From positions 1 through 24,933 of the forward strand of contig JAQGDQ010001802.1 of NCBI GenBank assembly GCA_030141605.1: a stretch of DNA of 24,933 bases, read 5' to 3'. Below the pieces are notes generated by a model. That model worked only from the letters and a program-made list of their open reading frames with translations. It was not told the origin of the DNA and did not search any database. This document shows, piece by piece, positions 10,810-21,079 of this stretch (position 1 is the first letter of the stretch; the number at the start of each line of letters is the position of its first letter). This stretch comes from Tubiluchus corallicola (lineage: Eukaryota > Animalia > Priapulida). Position numbers and translations under genes: made by a program.

Positions 10810-13800
10810 AAGTAGAGAAATCTTCAAAAGTACTTTACACGGCTGACAGAGGCTGGCAGAAACAGGTAGATAGAAGTGTAGAAATCTTCAAAAGTGCTTT
10901 ACACGGCTGGCAGAAACAGACAGATAGAAGTATAGAAATCTTCAAAAGTAATTTACACGGCTGGCAGAAACAGATAGATAGAAGTACAGAGATCTTCAAA
11001 AGTACTTTACACGGCTGACAGAAACAGACAGATTGAAGTATAGAAATCTTCAAAAGTAATTTACACGGCTGGCAGAAACAGACAGTAGAAGTATAGAAAT
11101 CTTCAAAAGTAATTTACACGGCTGGCAGAAACAGATAGATAGAAGTACAGAGATCTTCAAAAGTACTTTACACGGCTGACAGAAACAGACAGATTGAAGT
11201 ATAGAAATCTTCAAAAGTAATTTACACGGCTGGCAGAAACAGACAGATAGAAGTATAGAAATCTTCAAAAGTAATTTACACGGCTGACAGAAACAGACAG
11301 ATAGAAGTATAGAAATCTTCAAAAGTAATTTACACGGCTGGCAGAAACAGATAGATAGAAGTATAGAAATCTTCAAAAGTACTTTACACGGCTGGCAGAA
11401 ACAGATAGATAGAAGTACAGAGATCTTCAAAAGTACTTTACACGACTGACAGAAACAGATAGATAGAAGTATAGAAATCTTCAAAAGTACTTTACACGGC
11501 TGGCAGAAACAGACAGATAGAAGTACAGAGATCTTCAAAAGTACTTTACACGACTGACAGAAACAGATAGATAGAAGTATAGAAATCTTCAAAAGTACTT
11601 TACACGGCTGGCAGAAACAGATAGATAGAAGTACAGAGATCTTCAAAAGTACTTTACACGACTGACAGAAACAGATAGATAGAAGTATAGAAATCTTCAA
11701 AAGTACTTTACACGGCTGGCAGAAACAGATAGATAGAAGTACAGAGATCTTCAAAAGTACTTTACACGACTGACAGAAACAGATAGATAGAAGTATAGAA
11801 ATCTTCAAAAGTACTTTACACGGCTGGCAGAAACAGATAGATAGAAGACAGAATCTTCAAAAGTACTTTACACGACTGACAGAAACAGATAGATAGAAGA
11901 TAGAAATCTTCAAAAGTACTTTACACGGCTGGCAGAAACAGATAGATAGAAGTACAGAGATCTTCAAAAGTACTTTACACGACTGACAGAAACAGATAGA
12001 TAGAAGTATAGAAATCTTCAAACGTACTTTACACGGCTGGCAGAAACAGATAGATAGAAGTACAGAGATCTTCAAAAGTACTTTACACGACTGACAGAAA
12101 CAGATAGATAGAAGTATAGAAATCTTCAAAAGTACTTTACACGGCTGGCAGAAACAGACAGATAGAAGCATAGAAATCTTCAAAAGTACTTTACACGGCT
12201 GGCAGAAACAGATAGATAGAAGCATAGAAATCTTCAAAAGTAATTTACACGCTGGCAAAACAAAAAAACAAAAACCAAAACCCAAAACAAAAACAACCAA
12301 AAACACACACACAAACAAAAAAACAAAAACCAAAACACACCCAACAAAAAACAAAACAAAACCGACTGACAGAAACAGATAGATAGAAGCATAGAAATCT
12401 TCAAAAGTACTTTACACGGCTGGCAGAAACAGATAGATAGAAGCATAGAAATCTTCAAAAGTAATTTACACGGCTGGCAGAAACAGATAGATAGAAGCAT
12501 AGAAATCTTCAAAAGTACTTTACACGGCTGGCAGAAACAGATAGATAGAAGTACAGAGATCTTCAAAAGTACTTTACACGACTGACAGAAACAGATAGGA
12601 AGTATAGAAATCTTCAAAAGTACTTTACACGGCTGGCAGAAACAGAGAGATAGAAGCATAGAAATCTTCAAAAGTACTTTACACGGCTGGCAGAAACAGA
12701 TAGATAGAAGCATAGAAATCTTCAAAAGTACTTTACACGGCTGGCAGAAACAGATAGATAGAAGTATAGAAATCTTCAAAAGTGCTTTACACGGCTGGCA
12801 GAAACAGATAGATAGAAGTATAGAAATCTTCAAAAGTAATTTACATGGCTGGCAGAAACAGATAGATAGAAGTACAGAGACCAAAAACACACCCAAAACA
12901 AAGAAGTATAGAAATCTTCAAAAGTACTTTACACGCTGGCAGAAACAGACAGATAGAAGTATAGAAATCTTCAAAAGTAATTTACACGGCTGGCAGAAAC
13001 AGATAGATAGAAGTACAGAGATCTTCAAAAGTACTTTACACGACTGACAGAAACAGATAGGAAGTATAGAAATCTTCAAAAGTACTTTACACGGCTGGCA
13101 GAAACAGACAGATAGAAGTATAGAAATCTTCAAAAGTAATTTACACGGCTGGCAGAAACAGATAGATAGAAGCATAGAAATCTTCAAAAGTACTTTACAC
13201 GGCTGGCAGAAACAGATAGATAGAAGTACAGAGATCTTCAAAAGTGCTTTACACGGCTGGCAGAAACAGATAGATAGAAGCATAGAAATATTCAAAAGTA
13301 CTTTACACGGCTGGCAGAAACAGATAGATAGAAGCATAGAAATCTTCAAAAGTAATTTACATGGCTGGCAGAAACAGATAGATAGAAGTACAGAGATCTT
13401 CAAAAGTACTTTACACGGCTGGCAGAAACAGATAGATAGAAGCACAGAAATCTTCAAAAGTAATTTACACGGCTGGCAGAAACAGATAGATAGAAGCATA
13501 GAAATCTTCAAAAGTAATTTACATGGCTGGCAGAAACAGATAGATAGAAGTACAGAGATCTTCAAAAGTACTTTACACGGCTGGCAGAAACAGATAGATA
13601 GAAGCATAGAAATCTTCAAAAGTAATTTACACGGCTGGCAGAAACAGATAGATAGAAGCATAGAAATCTTCAAAAGTAATTTACACGGCTGGCAGAAACA
13701 GATAGATAGAAGCATAGAAATATTCAAAAGTACTTTACACGGCTGGCAGAAACAGATAGGAAGAAGTATAGAAATCTTCAAAAGTGCTTTACACAGCTGG
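10810..13800. repeat. Intronic minisatellite, 54-bp unit, >50 copies
   Basis: Unit AGTATAGAAATCTTCAAAAGTACTTTACACGGCTGGCAGAAACAGATAGATAGA; gives the 18-aa periodic minus-strand ORFs. Interrupted by two A/C-only tracts. Confidence 0.97.
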
Positions 13801-14182
13801 CGGGGCGTAACCAGGTTTTACAGTTAGGTTGAGCAAGCATATAAAAAAGGCATCTTGACACATACCAAACAATTTTCAAAGCACTGCTTATACATTTTAC
13901 TTTTTTAATTTTGTGTTTAAAACGAACACACAAGGAAGAAACAGTTTTAAAGGAAGTACATTATTTTGTATTTAGCACAAGAAACACAACAAAAAGTCTT
14001 ACACTAAGCTCGTAAATCTCAAAACACAGCAAAAACACGTGTGTTATTTAATAATTTTAAATTTAAATGCAATTGAAATCAAAATGAAGCATTGTGAAAG
14101 GGCACCAGTTTTGAAAAATGTGCCCAGGGGGAAAACTTGCCCCCCCCCTCCTTGTCCCCCCCCCCTATTAGCTGCACCAGTG
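13801..14182. mobile_element. Degraded hAT-like MITE
   Basis: Left end GGGGCGTAACCAGG; right end TTGCCCCC...GCTGCACCAGTG with C-runs, resembling CAGGGGCGTAGC...GCTACGCCACTG-type termini. No TSD found. Confidence 0.4.
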
Positions 14183-14434
14183 ACGTCAGGTAAACCTAAA
14201 TCAAACACTTATTGGTTATTAAAATTTTCATGCCTACAACACGATTTACTAGGCAACGGACAAGAATTCACGAAAACAGTCTGTATGCTAGCAATGTGGA
14301 TCTTTGATTAGCACACTTAAGAATCATTACAGCATGTTTCAGGATAGAAATATTGAAATATTACTAGCATCAAACTAAAATTGTTCACTAATGAAAAAAA
14401 TTGTTCAGTAGAAGTTAAAATGTCTGAAACTCAC

Positions 14435-14543
14435 ATGTTGGCAGCTTCAGGGTCCCGAGACCCTATCTTACTGCTGATTGGCTGCTTTTGTTGTTGTTGA
14501 CTAGGATGCGGCGTTTCATCCCTGAGGAAAAAATTGCGATCAC
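14435..14543 (-). CDS. Internal exon of PTPN13-like gene (linker)
   Basis: TTTTATCCCTTTCAG acceptor, CAT|GTGAGT donor; 109 bp, phase 1->2. Open as DRNFFLRDETPHPSQQQQKQPISSKIGSRDPEAAN(I) and joins 10673 in frame. Confidence 0.72.
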
Positions 14544-14644
14544 CTGAAAGGGATAAAACTAGGATTAGATGATGGCGTTGATGATGACCACAATCGCAAA
14601 AAAATGTCACATTTGTTGCTTGCTGGAACTACAGACAAGCAGAG

Positions 14645-16944
14645 AACACAATAAACAATCTTACAGCATTAATGACTGCTGCTACTTTGACTCAATAAAT
14701 ACATTTCTGGTTAAGTACATCTAGAGCCCCTGCATACTGTACCAGCAGACAACACAATAAACAACCTTACACCATTACTGATCGCTACTTTGACTCAATA
14801 AATACATTACTGGTTAAGAACATCTAGAGCCCCTGCACACTGTACCAGCAGACAACACAATAAACAACCTTACACCATTACTGATCGCTACTTTGACTCA
14901 ATAAACACATTACTGGTTAAGAACATCTAGAGCCCCTGCACACTGTACCAGCAGACAACACAATAAACAACCTTACACCATTACTGATTGCTACTTTGAC
15001 TCAATAAACACATTACTGGTTAAGAACATCTAGAGCCCCTGAATACTGTACCAGCAGACAACACAATAAACAACCTTACACCATTACTGATCGCTACTTT
15101 GACTCAATAAACACATTACTGGTTAAGAACATCAAGAGCCTCTGCATACTGTACCAGCAGACAAGACAATAAACAACCTTACACCATTACTGATCGCTAC
15201 TTTGACTCAATAAACACATTACTGGTTAAGAACATCTAGAGCCCCTGCACACTGTACCAGCAGACAACACAATAAACAACCTTACACCATTACTGATTGC
15301 TACTTTGACTCAATAAACACATTACTGGTTAAGAACATCTAGAGCCCCTGAATACTGTACCAGCAGACAACACAATAAACAACCTTACACCATTACTGGT
15401 CGCTACTTTGACTCAATAAACACATTACTGGTTAAGAACATCAAGAGCCTCTGCATACTGTACCAGCAGACAAGACAATAAACAACCTTACACCATTACT
15501 GATCGCTACTTTGACTCAATAAACACACTACTGCTTAAGAACATCTAGAGCCCCTGCACACTGTACCAGCAGACAACACAATAAACAACTTTACACCATT
15601 ACTGATCGCTACTTTGACTCAATAAACACATTACTGGTTAAGAACATCAAGAGCCTCTGCATACTGTACCAGCAGACAACACAATAAACAACCTTACACC
15701 ATTACTGATCGCTACTTTGACTCAATAAACACATTACTGGTTAAGAACATCTAGAACCCCTGCACACTGTACCAGCAAACAACACAATAAACAACCTTAC
15801 ACCATTACTGATTGCTACTTTGACTCAATAAACACATTACTGGTTAAGAACATCTAGAGCCCCTGAATACTGTACCAGCAGACAACACAATAAACAACCT
15901 TACACCATTACTGATCGCTACTTTGACTCAATAAACACATTACTGGTTAAGAACATCAAGAGCCTCTGCATACTGTACCAGCAGACAAGACAATAAACAA
16001 CCTTACACCATTACTGATCGCTACTTTGACTCAATAAACACACTACTGCTTAAGAACATCTAGAGCCCCTGCATACTGTACCAGCAGACAACACAATAAA
16101 CAACCTTACAGCATTACTGATCGCTACTTTGACTCAATAAACACATTACTGCTTAAGAACATCTAGAGCCCCTGCACACTGTACCAGCAGACAACACAAT
16201 AAACAACCTTACAGCATTACTGGTCGCTACTTTGACTCAATAAACACACTACTGCTTAAGAACATCTAGAGCCCCTGCATACTGTACCAGCAGACAACAC
16301 AATAAACAACCTTACACCATTACTGATCGCTACTTTGACTCAATAAACACACTACTGCTTAAGAACATCTAGAGCCCCTACATACTGTACCAGCAGACAA
16401 CACAATAAACAACCTTACACCATTGCTGATCGCTACTTTGACTCAATAAACACACTACTGCTTAAGAACATCTAGAGCCCCTGCACACTGTACCAGCAGA
16501 CAACACAATAAACAACCTTACACCATTACTGGTCGCTACTTTGACTCAATAAACACACTACTGCTTAAGAACATCTAGAGCCTCTGCATACTGTACCAGC
16601 AGACAACACAATAAACAACCTTACACCATTACTGATCGCTACTTTGACTCAATAAACACACTACTGCTTAAGAACATCTAGAGCCCCTACATGCTGTACC
16701 AGCAGACAACACAGTAAACAATCGCACAGCATTACTGATCGCTACTTTAACTCAATAAACACACTACTGCTTAAGAACATCTAGAGCCCCTGCATACTGT
16801 ACCAGCAGACAACACAATAAACAACCTTACACCATTACTGGTCGCTACTTTAACTCAATAAACACACTACTGCTTAAGAACATCTAGAGCCCCTGCATAC
16901 TGTACCAGCAGACAACACAATAAACAATCGCACAGCGTTACTGA
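14645..16944. repeat. Minisatellite, 103-bp unit, ~22 copies
   Basis: Unit ACAACACAATAAACAACCTTACACCATTACTGATCGCTACTTTGACTCAATAAACACATTACTGGTTAAGAACATCTAGAGCCCCTGCACACTGTACCAGCAG; period verified at 14751/14854. Confidence 0.97.
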
Positions 16945-17072
16945 CCCCTTAAGCTTTCATTTTCAATGTTGAACAGTCGGCTACCTAACGCCACGCCACA
17001 CCTGCAATCAACGCACTATACACTAGACGCTGTTACTACGTATAATCACTGGGACAGGTGATTTCTAGTTAC

Positions 17073-17091
17073 CTGCCCAATCAAAGAACAT
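17073..17091 (-). CDS. Candidate short first coding exon (MFFDWA-G) for the PTPN13-like gene
   Basis: ATG at 17091 with an in-frame stop upstream, strong CAG|GTAACT donor, phase 1 matching exon 14543. Very short, so it could be chance. Confidence 0.25.
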
Positions 17092-17386
17092 CAAGTTCAA
17101 AATCAATCAGTGCAAAAACTAACTAAAAACTGGGAAATTGAAATTTTCAGTTGTTTATATTTCAATTATTCAGTATTAAATCACCTTTCCCATCTCAAGT
17201 TTCTTTGAAAAAATTCTCAAAAATACCTCAGTACTTGTGATGAAAAAACAGGCAAAACTGTTTCTAGTTCTTGACTTATTAATCTTTCAAAGCAATTGTG
17301 CACCTTCTTACTCACGATTGTAAGATTTATGTTTTCAGCATGTTTTGAGCTTCCGTATCTTTAAAAATAAATGTTAGGTATAGCCT

Positions 17387-17804
17387 AAAAAGTGCATTAC
17401 GGGTAAACTGCACCTGATATATAGAGCTATAAAAGTGCATTACAGGTGAACTGCATCTGATATATAGAGCTATAAAAGTGCATTACGGGTAAACTGCACC
17501 TGATATATAGAGCTATAAAAGTGCATTACGGGTAAACTGCACCTGATATATAGAGCTATAAAAGTGCATTACAGGTGAACTGCATCTGATATATAGAGCT
17601 ATAAAAGTGCATTACAGGTAAACTGCACCTGATATATAGAGCTATAAAAGTGCATTACAGGTGAACTGCATCTGATATATAGAGCTATAAAAGTGCATTA
17701 CAGGTAAACTGCACCTGATATATAGAGCTATAAAAGTGCATTACAGGTAAACTGCACCTGATATATAGCGCTATAAAAGTGCATTACAAGTAAACTGCAC
17801 CTGA
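17387..17804. repeat. Minisatellite, 43-bp unit, ~10 copies
   Basis: Unit TAAAAGTGCATTAC(A/G)GGT(A/G)AACTGCA(C/T)CTGATATATAGAGCTA. Confidence 0.95.
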
Positions 17805-17854
17805 ATTTCATGACAGAGGTGTCACAATACTTCCATCTTACTTGCTTTTTTTAG

Positions 17855-17948
17855 AAATACCTTTTTGAAAACTCAAATTCTGTCGTCGGAGACAATCAGT
17901 TTGGTATGAGTCAAGTAAATAAATTATTCCGTATGACTTCAGTTATCG
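17855..17948 (+). CDS. Internal exon of unidentified plus-strand gene
   Basis: CTTGCTTTTTTTAG acceptor, G|GTATGT donor. Only one frame is open (KYLFENSNSVVGDNQFGMSQVNKLFRMTSVI), phase 0->1, compatible with exon 22856. Confidence 0.55.
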
Positions 17949-17951
17949 GTA

Positions 17952-19621
17952 TGTTACGTTTTATCACAAATTTGTTCATAACTACGCCCTGCGACATCAG
18001 CTTTATGTACTTAATATGAATATGACTAGCTATATGCACACAAGTGAGCATTGTTTGCACCACTTCACAAATTTACAAATTAGGGATTCAACTCTCAGCG
18101 GACGGCAGTTTAATCAGGGTTCTCACAGAATTTTAAAATAAATTTCCCTGACTTTTCCACGACCAAATATTGATTTTCCTTGAGCAAAATAAGCAGAAAT
18201 TGCATTATCAGTAAACATATTCAAACATTTTTGTGTATGGACATTCATACATATACTGATATATAATGCTTCAGCCAATCATTATTTTTGAAACAGAAAT
18301 CAAAACTGGGAGGCTGTAATAGCAAAATTTTATTTGAACACGAATCCCTGAAAAATATGTTAGGAAAAAGATGAATTCGAGGTAATTATTTTTACATCCC
18401 TTTCCAATTTCCATCACTTTTTGGTCCATTTTCATCATCTTCCCTGACTTTCCAGGATAGCCCGTCTTTTCAAGGATTTTCCCCGACTGTGGGAACACTG
18501 TTAATGCACGCGGCTGCAGCGTGAGCTGAACCTAGCTCGTTATCAAGATAATCCTCTAAAATGAGGCACTAAACCAGCAGACGCCACGTTCGTAATATAT
18601 ATGGTGGACATCCTCCATGTACGACGTGAACAGGTGAAGCCTGAACTGGTTCTGCCGATGGTCCCCCATTCGACTACCAGTAAGGCCTAGTGTTGCTTAA
18701 CTTTGTTGTTAAGCACACACTGTAACTAGTCAGCAATTCGTTTCGCCTCTCATTGCAAACTTAGTGTTATTTTATGTATAATCACAACTAAGAGTAATTT
18801 TAAAATCATATAAATAAATACACAAAAAGGTATGTACAGTTTTAGACTACTTATTAACGTGGACATTCATTACGTTTTAATAGAAATTATATAGTCCCAA
18901 AAGCTTCAGTAACTTCCACTGTTATCATCAGTGGTTCATACACCTACAATCAACAACAGTCGTATGTCTTTCTTATCAATTATATCATATCTGCTGTTTG
19001 AATAAACATTTTTGCATTATTATATTTAGTTTTAGTAATACTTTACAATTCTTTTGATGCTTGAGAACGGATTATTTGCTTTTACATTATTTCTTATGGG
19101 AATAAATGATTCTGTAGTCAAATAAATCAAATAAACACTTTTTAGGAACGAATTATGGTTGAAAACATAGGTACTGTATTTCATTTCTATTTTTAGGAAA
19201 AAGTATTTATGATGAACGGGTGAAATTTTGTGTAATAAAATTTGTATACAGCTTTTGTATGTCAGTAAATCTGTACAGAGAACTGGTTCACCCAGTCGAA
19301 TGCTTCTCCAAAGGTAAATAAAATCTTCACACGTTGTATTTGCATGCTTCTATAAATATGCCAGTGTGAACTCTTTGCTACTGGACCACTTCATTCGATG
19401 AAAGGGGTGGGAACACAGTAAATAAAAGGAAATATCTACAGTGAATGACGACAATTAGTGAAAACTGAATTAGTGGACCAAAAAAGCTCAGAACAACACG
19501 GTGTTAATTTAATTTAATAACGTTCTCTATCACGAATTATCTTCACCAGTGCTGCTTCTTTATGAAATTTCCCACTAGCAGCTTTACGTCACATTTTGAA
19601 CTGGTATTAGCACCAGACGGT
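17952..19621 (+). repeat. Left arm of long inverted repeat (1670 bp)
   Basis: Reverse complement of 21070-22739. The coordinate sum of 40691 holds at both ends and at the duplicated 75-aa ORFs (18271..18498 - / 22193..22420 +). No mismatch seen in the segments compared. Confidence 0.97.
18115..18500. mobile_element. Non-autonomous DNA transposon (hAT-like MITE, 386 bp, 5-bp TSD) in left arm
   Basis: Imperfect TIRs CAGGGTTCTCACAG / CTGTGGGAACACTG, subterminal TTCCCTGACTTT repeats, TTAAT direct repeat at 18110-14 and 18501-05. Confidence 0.75.
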
Positions 19622-19878
19622 ATAGTCTAGTAGTAACGCGTCCACTTTCCGTCTAGGAAGTCGTGAGTTCGATACTGCAGCTGGATCACACCAAAGGCTT
19701 AAAAATGATACCCGCTGTTGCCTTGCCTGGCGCGTGATATTTAGGGTAAAAATGGGGCAATAATAGGGTTATATATGTGTAGTTTGTTATTTACAGTCGG
19801 CAAAAAGCTCTTTGAGCTTATGTTAATTATGTTAATACAAAAGCCAACTTTAAATAAAGATTATTATTATCATTATTA
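19612..19878 (+). mobile_element. tRNA-derived SINE (copy 2)
   Basis: ACCAGACGGTATAGTCTAGTAGTAACG A-box region, GAGTTCGATAC B box, central domain, (TTA)n tail. No TSD detectable. Confidence 0.88.
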
Positions 19879-20075
19879 ATATCCTTCTTATCTTCCCTGG
19901 ACAACTTTCTGAGAGGCATACAGACTCAAATATTTACCTTATCCAGACACTTCCTATAAAAGTTGTGCTGTATTTATTTTGTGGTCTTTCGTTAGTTCGT
20001 TTTCTCAAAAAATGTTTCTCGTGTTAGTCATTCACATTTTTGCCCCACATACAGCACCCGCTTTGGCAGTCCTCA

Positions 20076-20095
20076 GTGACGTCACGGTCACGTGA
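20076..20095. promoter_or_regulatory. Adjacent CRE palindrome and E-box
   Basis: GTGACGTCAC (20076-85) followed by TCACGTGA (20088-95). Motif match only. Confidence 0.3.
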
Positions 20096-20786
20096 TAACG
20101 CCATACAGCACACGCGATGTTTGCACGCATGATAATAACATGACATTTCTCCCAGGTTCATGACCAAGATCAGTAAATATAATCAAGCGACGCCTACCTG
20201 GGCTCAACAAACGCTTCAGTAGCGTCATTTTCCGAGCAGCTATGCAAATTAATACTCAGTTCAGCTAAAAAACAGCAGACATGCTAGCAAATTCGATGCA
20301 AAGCTAAGCTGTCAAACTAACGAAGCACAGAACCGTAGTACCCAGGCGTACAATAATGTACAATTTTGCCCAGTGTACAATTTTAAACTTTAGTTTACTT
20401 TAGTTTAAAATAAAACTTTAGTTTACACTTACGCGAATTCAAATCTAAAAAGCACTTTAACAGGGTCACAGCATAACAAACCACAATGGTGAAAATGTGC
20501 AGTTTCACTACTAAACGAGACAAATCGCCCCTATGTTTACCAAGGAAATCAAAGTGACTATAAAATTAACGATATATAAACATGGCAGGAATTCAAGTAG
20601 CAATTCAGGCAATGAAAAATGTAACATAGGAGGTGAGCTAAACAGCATCAAGATGCTACAAGAAATAAAGTATTGAACTTAGAATTAAGATTGCCAGCAT
20701 TTGGCAATGTTTTGCAACAGTAAGCCGACAGATATAACCATCTGTGACAGGTGTGCTTAGCTTCACAAGTTAGGCAAAGGCTAGTA

Positions 20787-21079
20787 ATAATAATAATCAT
20801 AATATTAATAGTAATAATAATGATAATAATAATAGTAATTTAAAGTTGTCTTTTGTATTAACAAATTAACATAAGCTCAAAGAGCTTTTTACCAACTGTA
20901 AATAACAAACTACACATACATAACACTATTATTACCCCACTTTTACCCTAAATACACGCGCCAGGCAAAGCAACAGCGGGTACAATTTTTAAGCCTTCGG
21001 TATGACCCAGCCTCAGTATCGAACTCACGACCTCACAGACGGAAAACGGACGCGTTACTACTAGACTAAACCGTCTGGT
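20787..21079 (-). mobile_element. tRNA-derived SINE (copy 3), inverted relative to copy 2
   Basis: About 23 differences from copy 2 over ~243 bp by manual alignment; longer (TTA)n tail. Possible TSD GCTAGTA (20780-86) / GCTAATA (21080-86). Confidence 0.88.

Noticed and set aside
10835-13781. Long Cys-rich 18-aa-repeat ORFs on the minus strand (up to 287 aa)
   Set aside because: A by-product of a 54-bp (multiple of 3) minisatellite. It is frameshifted repeatedly and lies between two exons that splice in frame without it.
3318-16944. Regular arrays as CRISPR loci
   Set aside because: Units are head-to-tail with no unique spacers, there are no cas genes, and the context is eukaryotic introns.
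19612-19690. tRNA gene
   Set aside because: A/B boxes are present but the acceptor stem does not close. The sequence continues into a shared body and (TTA)n tail in three copies, so it is a SINE head.
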